Origin: Gemmatimonadota bacterium
GTDB lineage: Bacteria > Latescibacterota > UBA2968 > UBA8231
Direction of reading: 5' to 3'
Assembly (NCBI GenBank): GCA_038128265.1
Contig: JAYPJE010000008.1
Coordinates: 20,139 to 84,138 of the forward strand
DNA: 64,000 bases
Notes under the pieces: model-generated
The model's database searches: none
What the model was told of the DNA's origin: nothing
What the model saw: the letters and a program-made list of their open reading frames with translations, nothing else
Program-made: the position numbers and the translations under genes
In this document: one piece after another, positions 39,484 to 48,626 of the stretch
Position numbering within the stretch: the first letter of the stretch is position 1
Layout: every line of letters starts with the position of its first letter

Positions 39484-40311
39484 CTACTGCAGCAGCGAGA
39501 GCAGGCGACTGATATCGGCGTCGGCTTCTCTGGCCACATTGGTCGCCGTCTGCGAGAGAATCTGCGAACGCGTAAGGTTGGATATCGCGCGCGCCACATC
39601 GACATCGCGCACGCTGGACTCTGCGCCCTGCATGCGCTCGACGATACTGGCCGTCGTTTCCGCGCTCATCTGCAGGCGATTTTGAAAGGCGGCGATGCGG
39701 TTGCGCTGGTCTAACACCTTTAGGTGCGCTTCATCCAACAGGTCAACGGCCTTTTGCGCACCACCTACGACATCGATAGTGACGGGCTCCAGGTTTAGCT
39801 TGGCACCCGAAGCGCGCATATCGCCAAACTGTATATGCGACACATCGTTGCCCGTTTCCGTAGGACCAGCCTGAATGGCGAGCTGGCGCTCGTCGTCTAA
39901 CAGCGGCATGCCGTTATATACCGTAAATTCCGCGACGCGATCTATCTCGTTTTTTAGCTGTTGGAATTCGCTATTGGCCAGGCGACGGTTGTCGTCGTTA
40001 TAGGTCATCGAACTGGACTGCACGGCCAGTTCGCGCATGCGCCGCACCATATCGGAGATTTGCGACAGAGCGCCTTCGGCCACCTGCAGCATGTGAACGC
40101 TGTGCTGCACGTTGCGGCCGCCCTCTTGCAGGGCCCGCGTCTCCGCTTCAATGCCGTTGGCCAATGCCAAATTAGCCGCGTCATCGCTCGATCGATTGAC
40201 CCGGTATCCGGAAGCAACCTGTTCCATCTGACGACTGGCATTTTCAAAGTGCACATTGAGATTGCGATGCATGCTCTGCAAATGAGCATTGTGGTTTATG
40301 CGCGCTGGCAT
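39484..40311 (-). CDS. Flagellin-family protein (minimal, divergent)
   Basis: RINHN, SGYRVNRSSDDAA, QVAEGAL, RMRELAVQ, QAG, QNRL, ESSVRDVDVA, QILSQ...LLSLLQ; AGGAG RBS. Confidence 0.9.
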   Translation of the reverse strand: MPARINHNAHLQSMHRNLNVHFENASRQMEQVASGYRVNRSSDDAANLALANGIEAETRALQEGGRNVQHSVHMLQVAEGALSQISDMVRRMRELAVQSSSMTYNDDNRRLANSEFQQLKNEIDRVAEFTVYNGMPLLDDERQLAIQAGPTETGNDVSHIQFGDMRASGAKLNLEPVTIDVVGGAQKAVDLLDEAHLKVLDQRNRIAAFQNRLQMSAETTASIVERMQGAESSVRDVDVARAISNLTRSQILSQTATNVAREADADISRLLSLLQ

Positions 40312-40353
40312 AGCGGGCCTCTCCTGTATAGAGGAAGGATTCCCCACGTGGGA

Positions 40354-40370
40354 AGCAAAGGCTATACCAA
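40354..40370 (-). promoter_or_regulatory. sigma54 (-24/-12) promoter for the flagellin gene
   Basis: Minus strand TTGGTATAGCCTTTGCT = GG-N10-GC with TTGC. Confidence 0.6.
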
Positions 40371-40420
40371 CAAAAGCGACTGCTCTACTATGTTATTTTT
40401 ATGTAACTTACACAGAACTA

Positions 40421-40454
40421 AAAAAACCATCCTGCTCAAATAGGATGGTTTTTT
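40421..40454. terminator. Bidirectional-type intrinsic terminator after bactofilin
   Basis: AAAAAACCATCCT-GCTCAAAT-AGGATGGTTTTTT. Confidence 0.85.
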
Positions 40455-40477
40455 CTCAGGGATGGGGGAAAATTAGT

Positions 40478-40909
40478 TCAGTTTTCGGCGACTCCGCTGG
40501 CAAGCGCCTGCTCCGGCTTGACCGCTGGGCTCTTCTGACCGCTACCGGCCTTTTCGTCGTGATCCATCACGCAGCTACCGTGCAGAATCGCTCCCTCAGC
40601 CACCGACAGTGCTTTGGTATAGAGGTCGCCAACAAAGTGTGCTTGGCTGTCCAATCGGACTTTCTCAGCGTGCACCGTACCGCGCACAACGCCGTTGATG
40701 TAAATCTCTTTACCTTCCAAATGGGCGTGTGTCTCACCGGATTGGCTGATGGTGAGCGCGCCAGAACAGCTCAGTTCGCCCTTAAATACGCCATCGATGC
40801 GCACGCTGTTGTCGACCTTCATCGTGCCCTCAAATACCGTACCACGCCCTATAATAGTGTTTAGCGTCTGACCGCCTGCTACCGCCCCATTGTCTTTCTT
40901 ACCCAACAT
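40478..40909 (-). CDS. Bactofilin (polymer-forming cytoskeletal protein)
   Basis: NTIIGRGTVFEG, VRIDG, INGVVRG, GDLYTKALSVAEGAILHG. Confidence 0.92.
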   Translation of the reverse strand: MLGKKDNGAVAGGQTLNTIIGRGTVFEGTMKVDNSVRIDGVFKGELSCSGALTISQSGETHAHLEGKEIYINGVVRGTVHAEKVRLDSQAHFVGDLYTKALSVAEGAILHGSCVMDHDEKAGSGQKSPAVKPEQALASGVAEN

Positions 40910-41022
40910 TTCTCTATCCTGAATATGCGCCCATAATGCCGTTTTACTCCCTTTACGCTCTGCGCGAGAGAACGCTCAATATAGGTCTGTGCACGAGGCG
41001 ATGCAACACAAATTCGCCGCCC

Positions 41023-42207
41023 TCAGCCGTCCTTATTGGCCTTGCTCTTTGTCTCGGCCTGTAGCAACTGACGAATCTCCGCGTGATCGGCCAACTGCTC
41101 GTTGACCATCATCGCCGCCGTCGCCACGAAGTTTTCCACCGACGAATTGGAAATGACGGGCAGGTCCTCTCGCCTGTAGCATTCCATCATATGGTCCTGA
41201 ATCCTAAAAATTTCTCGGATGTGCGACAGGTAGCGATGCTTGGAACGCGACGGGGCCTGTTCGGCACGGCGCGTAAAGCGCTTTTCATACTCTTTCTCAT
41301 CGGTCAAACCGATGCACAGCGGTGCGACAAAGGCCGTGCTTCCATAGCGCGATAGATGGAGGAAATCCGGCAATAGGTGAACGCCGTCAATTACGACGCT
41401 GGTATTTTCCTCTAAGCAGCGATCGATGATCGCGTCGACCCCTACGCATATCGTGCGCGCCTGTTCGCGATAGCCGGCGACGACCGGGTCGTCGCTCAGC
41501 GAGGAGTCGGGCAAGCGCTCCCACGCGTTATACGTCGATGTATGCAGCGTCGGCATGAGCTCTTTGGTCAACGTCAGGCGCATCATCTGGCGAATGTCGT
41601 CGGTGGCCACCACGCGCGCGATGTCGAGCAAATTGGCCAGTGCCACCGCCAGCGTTGTCTTACCGGCGCCGCTGGGGCCGCCAATTAGGATGATGAGCGG
41701 TTTTTCGGAATCCCTCCACGCGCGCCAAACCCGATAGCGCTCGGCGTAGTCTTCGCCGTGCTCTTTGCCCAGTAAATCAGCCGTCATCCGCATCAATTCG
41801 CGGTGGCCAATTTCCTCGCGCCGCAGGTCGATGATTTTGTTCTCTATTTGGCTAGCTATGCCGTAGGCCAGATCAGGCGCCAGACCCGTTACTTCGAGCG
41901 AACGGGCGAGCAGGCCTTTGGAGAAGGGATGTGCGCCGTTCTGTCGCACCACGGTAATCTGCGTGACCTGGCGCTGCCAAAAGACGAGGTCGCCCGGCGC
42001 GGCGCCGTCGGAGCGCTCGCCGATAATCTCTTCTACAAGGCGCACCATCTCCTTCTTGCGCACGTCGTTCTGCTTGCCCAGGCGCTCGCGCACTTCGTTG
42101 GCAATATCGCGCGATTCTTCGTGGGCAAACCCGCGTTGAATGAGGTAGTGCACCAACATGCCGCGCATAAAGGGTATGCGGCTCTTGCCGTCTACTATAG
42201 TCGCCAT
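41023..42207 (-). CDS. 2-phosphoglycerate kinase-like P-loop kinase with N-terminal ATP-cone-like domains
   Basis: PFMRGMLVHYL and PFSKGLLARSL cones; LIGGPSGAGKTT; TDDIRQMMR; IDGVHLLP. Confidence 0.8.
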   Translation of the reverse strand: MATIVDGKSRIPFMRGMLVHYLIQRGFAHEESRDIANEVRERLGKQNDVRKKEMVRLVEEIIGERSDGAAPGDLVFWQRQVTQITVVRQNGAHPFSKGLLARSLEVTGLAPDLAYGIASQIENKIIDLRREEIGHRELMRMTADLLGKEHGEDYAERYRVWRAWRDSEKPLIILIGGPSGAGKTTLAVALANLLDIARVVATDDIRQMMRLTLTKELMPTLHTSTYNAWERLPDSSLSDDPVVAGYREQARTICVGVDAIIDRCLEENTSVVIDGVHLLPDFLHLSRYGSTAFVAPLCIGLTDEKEYEKRFTRRAEQAPSRSKHRYLSHIREIFRIQDHMMECYRREDLPVISNSSVENFVATAAMMVNEQLADHAEIRQLLQAETKSKANKDG

Positions 42208-42291
42208 ATATGGAAACTTTCCACGTCGTCTGTATTTGGAAGACGGCGCATTTTCCCCAATATCGAGCTATTGATAGCGAACGGCAAGCAC

Positions 42292-43236
42292 CTATGAAGA
42301 CTCGGCGGCAGTGCGCATCCATTCTATTACATCGCGCAGCCCCTCCTGCAGCGAGGTCGCCGGCGCATAGCCTAGCTCGCGTCGGGCGCGATCGATATCG
42401 GCCAGCGAGTCCCGCACGTCGCCGGAGCGCGACTCGGCAAAGTCGGCTTTGATATTCGATTCCAGCACGCGATTGAGGGCGCTCAGCAGATCCAGCAGGC
42501 TCGAGCTAGATCCGCTACCAATGTTGTAGACTTGCCCCTGCGCGCGTTCGACTCGGCAGGCCAGCATATTGGCGGCGACGACGTCGCGCACGTAGACAAA
42601 ATCGCGCGTCTGCGTGCCATCGCCAAAAACAACGGGCGCTCGGCCACCTAGCATCTGGCGCGCGAATATGGAAATCACGCCGGAATAGGGCGATGCGGGA
42701 TCTTGGCGCGGTCCGTAAACATTGAAATAGCGCAGGCAAACGGTCTGCAGTCCGTGCAGATTGCTGTACACGCGACAGTAGTGCTCGCCGCACAGCTTCG
42801 AAATGGCATAGGGCGACTCGGGTGTCGGTACCATATCTTCGCGCTTGGGCACGCGCGGGTCATTTCCATAGGCGGCGGCCGATGCGGCAAAAACCACGCG
42901 GCGAACCCCCGCCTTGCGCGCCGCCTCGAGCAGGCGCAGCGTGCCCACCGCATTGGTCTGCTGTTCCAACAGCGGCTGCTCGACCGAGGTCTGCACCGAC
43001 GCGACAGCGGCGTGATGCAGTATGCAGTCAATACCCTCTACGCTGCGCTGTAGGGCAGCATCATCGCATAGATCGGCCTCGCGAAAATCAATATCGCCAG
43101 CGATATCGGCTACGTTCTCGCGCTTGCCCGAGGATAGGTTATCCAGCACGCGCACGGCATTTCCATCTTGCAAGAGCGTTCTGCACAAATGGGAACCAAT
43201 AAATCCGCTGCCGCCCGTAACCAGGAAATGCTCCAT
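42292..43236 (-). CDS. NAD-dependent nucleotide-sugar 4-epimerase (extended SDR)
   Basis: TGGSGFIGS, SPYAISK, LRYFNVYGPRQDP, QTRDFVYV. Confidence 0.92.
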   Translation of the reverse strand: MEHFLVTGGSGFIGSHLCRTLLQDGNAVRVLDNLSSGKRENVADIAGDIDFREADLCDDAALQRSVEGIDCILHHAAVASVQTSVEQPLLEQQTNAVGTLRLLEAARKAGVRRVVFAASAAAYGNDPRVPKREDMVPTPESPYAISKLCGEHYCRVYSNLHGLQTVCLRYFNVYGPRQDPASPYSGVISIFARQMLGGRAPVVFGDGTQTRDFVYVRDVVAANMLACRVERAQGQVYNIGSGSSSSLLDLLSALNRVLESNIKADFAESRSGDVRDSLADIDRARRELGYAPATSLQEGLRDVIEWMRTAAESS

Positions 43237-43351
43237 TCACCAACCTCCCGCATCTTGTTCTGCGCGTTGCATATTGGCCTCCGAATATAATTTATCGCCG
43301 CAGGTCACTCAATGATCGAACCAGGAAAAAAGGCCGTATATACCTAAAAAT

Positions 43352-43395
43352 AAACGCATTATGCGTTTGACATTTTTCTTGCATACCGTTACACT
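43352..43395 (+). promoter_or_regulatory. Near-consensus sigma70 promoter with an overlapping palindromic operator
   Basis: TTGACA (43367-43372)-N17-TACACT (43390-43395); AAACGCAT-T-ATGCGTTT at 43352-43368. Confidence 0.75.
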
Positions 43396-43400
43396 TGGGA

Positions 43401-43459
43401 CAGCTCACACGAGGCGGTGTGGGGGGCCATGGCGCGCAAGTGCCGTGGCCTTTTGTTGT
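43401..43459 (+). ncRNA. Candidate ~55-60 nt small RNA or terminated leader
   Basis: Hairpin CTCACAC-GAGGCG-GTGTGGG, then GGCCATGGCGC-GCAA-GTGCCGTGGCC followed by TTTTGTTGT, directly downstream of the promoter. Confidence 0.5.
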
Positions 43460-43591
43460 ATATGCCCCCCGCAAGCAGCGCATTTTACCCGTCTGATGCC
43501 GTGGGTTATATTGTGCTGCACTATTGCTTATGGGCGTTGCAACGCCTGCAACTACATCATAGAAATGAGTCGATGCATGTCGGGCACATTC

Positions 43592-45088
43592 ATGGCGGCA
43601 GACCGCATTCCCGATCCCTGCAATTTGATCATTTTTGGCGCGTCGGGCGATCTGACCCGGCGCAAACTAGCTCCAGCCATTTGGCACCTGGCGCAGCAGG
43701 GGCGCCTGCCCGCATCCTTCGCTCTGATCGGCGTGGCGCGCCGCCCCATGGACGACGATGCGTTTCGCCAGCACGTGCGCGAAGCGCTCGGCGAATTTGT
43801 CGACCAGCTCGATGCCGAACACCTGGATGCCTTTCTCGCTGGCCTGTACTACGTGCGCGGCGAACCCGATGACCCGGCCACTTATGCGGCCCTGCGCCAG
43901 CGCTTAGATGCGCTCGACCGGGAACGGGGCACGCGCGGCAACCGCTGTTTCTACTGCTCCGTTCCCCCGCAGGTTTACCTCTCCATCGTCGAACAGCTGG
44001 GGGCATCTGGGCTCAACCGCGAAAACGTCGACGGCCAGGGCTGGGCGCGCATCATCGTCGAAAAGCCGTTCGGCCACGACTACGAATCGGCCCGCCAGCT
44101 CAACGAAGCCCTGCACGGCGTGTTCAAGGAACACCAGATTTACCGCATCGACCACTATTTGGGCAAGGAGACCGTGCAAAACCTGCTCGTCTTTCGCCTG
44201 GCCAATTCTATGTTTGAGCCGCTGTGGAATCGTCGCTACGTCGACCACGTGCAGATCACCGCCGCCGAGAGCGTCGGCGTCGAGCACCGCGCTGGATATT
44301 ACGATACGTCGGGCGCCTTGCGCGACATGATACAAAACCATCTGCTGCAAATTCTCTGCGTCGTCGCCATGGAACCGCCCTCGACCTTTGATGCGGAAAG
44401 CGTGCGCCTAGAAAAACTCAAAGTGCTCAAATCCATTCGTCCCATCCGCATCGGCGAGGTAGACCGCTACGCGGTGCGCGCCCAATACGCCGACGGCCAT
44501 GCTGGCTCTGAGCAGGTTCAGGGCTACTTGCAGGAACAGGACGTGCCGCCCGATTCGCGCACCGAGACCTTTGCCGCGCTGCGCTTCACCATAGATAACT
44601 GGCGCTGGCAGGGCGTGCCGTTCTACGTGCGCACCGGCAAGCGCCTGCCCAAGCGCGCCAGTGCGATCACCCTGCAATTTCACCGTCCTCCGCATCAGAT
44701 TTTCCAGCAGGACGCCGACCTGCCGCCGAGCACGCTGACCATACGCATCCAGCCCGAAGAGGGCATCTCGCTTTCCTTTAACGGCAAGATACCCGGTCCC
44801 GACGTGCGATTGGGCAACGTGAAGATGGACTTTTCCTACGCCGATGCCTTTGGCGGGCGCACGCCCGATGCCTATGAAACGCTGCTGCTGGACTGCCTGC
44901 AGGGCGATGCCACGCTCTATGCCGACAGCGACTGGATCGAAAAGTCGTGGGAATTGCTCATGCCCCTCTTGGAAGCCTGGCATGCGACCTTCTCGGGGCG
45001 CGTGCCCTCTTATCCGGCCGGCACCTGGGGCCCCAAAGAAGCCAACGCACTAATGGACGAGGAGTGGAGAAAATGGGCGGAACTATAA
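43592..45088 (+). CDS. zwf: Glucose-6-phosphate 1-dehydrogenase
   Basis: IFGASGDLTRRK, EKPFG, YRIDHYLGKETVQN, RDMIQNH. Confidence 0.96.
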   Translation: MAADRIPDPCNLIIFGASGDLTRRKLAPAIWHLAQQGRLPASFALIGVARRPMDDDAFRQHVREALGEFVDQLDAEHLDAFLAGLYYVRGEPDDPATYAALRQRLDALDRERGTRGNRCFYCSVPPQVYLSIVEQLGASGLNRENVDGQGWARIIVEKPFGHDYESARQLNEALHGVFKEHQIYRIDHYLGKETVQNLLVFRLANSMFEPLWNRRYVDHVQITAAESVGVEHRAGYYDTSGALRDMIQNHLLQILCVVAMEPPSTFDAESVRLEKLKVLKSIRPIRIGEVDRYAVRAQYADGHAGSEQVQGYLQEQDVPPDSRTETFAALRFTIDNWRWQGVPFYVRTGKRLPKRASAITLQFHRPPHQIFQQDADLPPSTLTIRIQPEEGISLSFNGKIPGPDVRLGNVKMDFSYADAFGGRTPDAYETLLLDCLQGDATLYADSDWIEKSWELLMPLLEAWHATFSGRVPSYPAGTWGPKEANALMDEEWRKWAEL

Positions 45089-46062
45089 TTCTAGCCGGCG
45101 ACGTAGGCGGCACAAAGACCTACCTGGCCACCTACCAACCGCAGGACAGCGGATTCGAACCCCTGTTTGAGACGCGCTATACCACGCGCGACTACGCCGA
45201 TACCAGCGCCCTGCTCGCCGCGTTTATCGAAGAGAGCGGACACGCACCCCAGCGCATTGTGCTCGGCGTGCCCGGCCCGGTGCGCCAGCTGCCGGTGCGC
45301 GCCGTCAATCTGCCGTGGATGATTGACCCTGAGCATATCAAGCGCAGCCTCGGCATCGATGAAGTCCACCTGCTCAACGACTTGCAGGCCACCTCGTACG
45401 GCACGCGCGCGCTGCGCGAAGACGACCTCTATACGCTCAACGCCGGCGAGCCCGACGCCGAAGGCAACGTCGCCGTTATTGCTGCCGGCACGGGCCTGGG
45501 TGAGGGCGGTCTGGTGTGGACCGGCCAACGCCACGTGTCGATTGCCTCTGAGGGCGGGCACTCGACTTTTTCGCCCAGCGGCGATATAGAAATCGAACTC
45601 GCCCGCTATCTGAGCCGACAGTTTGACCACGTCAGCTGGGAGCGCGTCGTTTCCGGACCCGGCCTAGCCTCGGTCTACGACTTTCTGCGCGAACGGCAGC
45701 CCGAGCGCGAGAGCGCATGGCTGCGCGAAGCGATGGCCGAAGGCGACCGCTCCAATGCCATCGCACATGCCGCGTTAGAAGAGCGCTGTGAACTGGCCGG
45801 TGAGGCAATGGACTTCTTCGTATACCTCTATGGCTGCGAGGCCGGCAACCTAGCGCTCAAGCTCATGTCGACCGGCGGACTCTTTATCGGCGGCGGCATC
45901 GCCCCCAAGATCCTCACGCGGCTGCAGCAGAGCCGCTTTATGGAGGGCTTTCTCCACAAGGGTCGCATGCGGCAGGCGCTTGAGTCCGTTCCCGTCCACG
46001 TCGTGCTCAACGACAAAACGGCGCTGCTCGGGGCCGCCTATTGGGGCTCGCTGCACGCTTAG
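45073..46062 (+). CDS. glk: Glucokinase
   Basis: LAGDVGGTKT, LLND, AGTGLGE, SEGGH, ERVVSGPGL, GGGIAPKI. Confidence 0.94.
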   Translation: MGGTIILAGDVGGTKTYLATYQPQDSGFEPLFETRYTTRDYADTSALLAAFIEESGHAPQRIVLGVPGPVRQLPVRAVNLPWMIDPEHIKRSLGIDEVHLLNDLQATSYGTRALREDDLYTLNAGEPDAEGNVAVIAAGTGLGEGGLVWTGQRHVSIASEGGHSTFSPSGDIEIELARYLSRQFDHVSWERVVSGPGLASVYDFLRERQPERESAWLREAMAEGDRSNAIAHAALEERCELAGEAMDFFVYLYGCEAGNLALKLMSTGGLFIGGGIAPKILTRLQQSRFMEGFLHKGRMRQALESVPVHVVLNDKTALLGAAYWGSLHA

Positions 46063-46090
46063 CGCAATCACAGCGCGACTGCGGAAAGCG

Positions 46091-47167
46091 CTACGGTCTG
46101 GGCGGCAGGGCGCGCAGCAGCGTGCACCGACCCTGTACCGCTACCCGCTCTACGGCCGCAGGTAGGAAGTAGCGCGACCACGGCCGCAGCCGCCACTGTC
46201 CACCGTTGGCACTCAACACGCCCTCTCCTTCTAGCACAATGAGAATGGAGAAGCGCCCATCCATGGACAACTCTACGCCGGACAGCGCCTCTATGCGCCG
46301 CAGCTCAAAGCGGTCCGTCTGCGGGGCCTCCAATAGGGCGACCTCGCGTCCTCCTGCCCCCTCGACCAGCGCGCGAGCACGCGGCCCAAAGCGCGCGGCG
46401 ACCTGCGAAAGCGGATAGTCGGTATAGTCAAATAGATCCAATACGCGATCGAGTCCCAACCCCATCGTGCGCGACGATTCGGGCAGCGCCAGGCCACCGT
46501 GCGCATACTCGCAGCGCACGACGTAGTCGGTGGGCTCCTGCACTTCGACCATGAAAATGCCGGGACCGATGGCGTGCGGCACGCCGCCTTCGACCAGCAG
46601 CACATCACCTGGTGTCACCGGCACCCGTTCAAAACAGGCCTCCATCGCCCCCACGTCCTGGTCTTCTACAATGCGCTTCCACTGGGCCGGCGTCGGCGGA
46701 TGCTGGAAGCCCAAATAGACCCACGCCGGGCTCTGGCGCGTCTCCAACACGTACCACGCTTCCGTCTTGCCGCTGTGCACACCCAAATTCCGTTGAGCCC
46801 ATGCGACGGACGGATGCGCCTGAATATGTAGGCGCATAGCCGCATCGAGCAGCTTGACCAGCAGCTGTGGATGGCTGCCAAATGCGCGCACGTGCTCGCG
46901 CCCCAGCGCCCGTTCGGGATCGCCGCTGTAGACTTCTTCCATGGAAACAACGCACCCATCGGGCGTCCGCGCCTTGCCCACGCCCTCATCGTGCACATGC
47001 TCGCGCCCGGCGTTGGCCGCCCGCGTCGTCGAACCCACCCAGTCTTCGGGGAAGTGGTCGTCGCCGTCGACCAGTCCCTCGATGCGATTGAGCACGGCGC
47101 CGCCTCGGTAGGTCCGCCAAACGCGATTGCGCAAAATCTCGAACGCGCCATCGTATGCTATGTCCAT
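46091..47167 (-). CDS. Class I mannose-6-phosphate isomerase-like cupin
   Basis: PEDW, LVKLLD..LHIQAHP, KTEAW, PHAIG, EVQEPTD. Confidence 0.82.
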   Translation of the reverse strand: MDIAYDGAFEILRNRVWRTYRGGAVLNRIEGLVDGDDHFPEDWVGSTTRAANAGREHVHDEGVGKARTPDGCVVSMEEVYSGDPERALGREHVRAFGSHPQLLVKLLDAAMRLHIQAHPSVAWAQRNLGVHSGKTEAWYVLETRQSPAWVYLGFQHPPTPAQWKRIVEDQDVGAMEACFERVPVTPGDVLLVEGGVPHAIGPGIFMVEVQEPTDYVVRCEYAHGGLALPESSRTMGLGLDRVLDLFDYTDYPLSQVAARFGPRARALVEGAGGREVALLEAPQTDRFELRRIEALSGVELSMDGRFSILIVLEGEGVLSANGGQWRLRPWSRYFLPAAVERVAVQGRCTLLRALPPRP

Positions 47168-47249
47168 AGTGCCACCTTGAATTCAACGCCGAACTTCGTT
47201 ATATAAACGGCCCTGCTCACACTGCGTCGCCTACGCGAAACGAAAATAC

Positions 47250-48566
47250 ATGTCTTCTACCGGCCATTCACATGCGCTACACGGCGTGCTCGAACAGCTC
47301 TCCATTCCCGAAGCCACCGAGCTGTTTGCACCGCATTGGGAAGACTCCGTTGCCGCGCTGCCCGACGATGTCCCGCACTTCTTGCGCCCCGACAGCATTC
47401 GGGAATACGCCGCTTGGGCTCACCTTCCCGACAATACCCACGAAGCGCTGTTCCTAGCGGCCGAACGCACGGCAGCGTCACTTCCTCTGCTCCAATTCGC
47501 CTGGCACTGCCAGCGCCTGCTGGGCGAGCATTTCGACTACGAAACGGCCAAGATCCGCCAGTGGCCGACGCTCGAACGCGCGCTGGATGACCTCTCTGGC
47601 GCGTTTTACCTGTTGGTCGGCTTGGCAGCCATTCCGCGCATGCGCGCCGCGCACGCCCGACACGGCATTCCCAGCGACGTCAGCCGCGCCACCTGCGGGC
47701 GCCACTACCCGGAAACGCTGGGGCGCTATCGCGAGCACCACGACGGGCGCGTAGGCGTCTTGCCCGGAGCACTCTACTGGTTGCGCAACTACGTGCTGGG
47801 CGATCTCTATCGGATTGGCCGGCTAGAATATATGATTCGCCCCTTCCCCGCATACGTGCACGTCTACCGCCATCGCAGCACGCGCGCCGTCGTCGCGCTG
47901 GCCACGGAGGGCAGCCACTTTGATGGGGAAGGCCTCGCCACAGCAGCCGACGCACCGGGCGCCCGCCGCGCCGCGTTCTGGGAGGCAGGTCGAGCCGTAC
48001 ACGGCACTGCTATTGCTCCTGACGGCTACGCCACGGCCCATACGCTTGCACTCCCGCTAGACGATTGGCAGTGCGTGCTGGCACCGGGCGACCCCGTTCT
48101 CGACGTGCACATTCCCACCGGTGGCCAGATGACGCTGGCGCGCTGCCGCGAATCCATGCAGCAGGCCATGGCGTTTTTTGCGCACCACTTTCCACAGCAG
48201 CCTTTCTCAGCTTTTTCCTGTGGATCGTGGATCCTGAACCCGCAGCTGGCGCAAATTTATCGACCCGACTCAAACATGGTGCTGTGGCAGCGCGAACTCT
48301 ACCTCTATCCCATACCCTCGGGCGACCGCTCCGGCCTCGTCTTTGTATTCGGCAAGGACGATATCGACTTAGAGACGGCACCGCGCAACACCAGCCTGCG
48401 ACGCACCCTGCTCGACCACATGCGAGCGGGCGGACGCCTTATCGGCGGTGGCATGTTTTTTCTGTGCGAAGACTTTGATCAGTTCGGCATGCAGGCCTAC
48501 CGTCGCTGCTGGAACGATGGAGCCACTCCACTCGACCGTGGATCGCAGCGCATTGGGACCGACTAA
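47250..48566 (+). CDS. Putative acyltransferase (DUF5596 + GNAT-like C-terminal domain)
   Basis: YRIGRLEY, LDVHIPTGG, FSCGSWILNPQL, SNMVLWQ. Confidence 0.75.
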   Translation: MSSTGHSHALHGVLEQLSIPEATELFAPHWEDSVAALPDDVPHFLRPDSIREYAAWAHLPDNTHEALFLAAERTAASLPLLQFAWHCQRLLGEHFDYETAKIRQWPTLERALDDLSGAFYLLVGLAAIPRMRAAHARHGIPSDVSRATCGRHYPETLGRYREHHDGRVGVLPGALYWLRNYVLGDLYRIGRLEYMIRPFPAYVHVYRHRSTRAVVALATEGSHFDGEGLATAADAPGARRAAFWEAGRAVHGTAIAPDGYATAHTLALPLDDWQCVLAPGDPVLDVHIPTGGQMTLARCRESMQQAMAFFAHHFPQQPFSAFSCGSWILNPQLAQIYRPDSNMVLWQRELYLYPIPSGDRSGLVFVFGKDDIDLETAPRNTSLRRTLLDHMRAGGRLIGGGMFFLCEDFDQFGMQAYRRCWNDGATPLDRGSQRIGTD

Positions 48567-48574
48567 AAGGCAAA

Positions 48575-48606
48575 GAGGGTAAGGATCGCTCCTTACCCTC
48601 CGTTTT
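48575..48606. terminator. Intrinsic terminator between convergent genes
   Basis: GAGGGTAAGGA-TCGC-TCCTTACCCTC followed by CGTTTT. Confidence 0.78.
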
Positions 48607-48626
48607 AAATCTGACTGATCGCAGAT

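Noticed and set aside
43361..43591. Cys-rich N-terminal extension of zwf, and ORF 43417-43872
   Set aside because: Both span the promoter and terminator elements, and the translations do not look like protein
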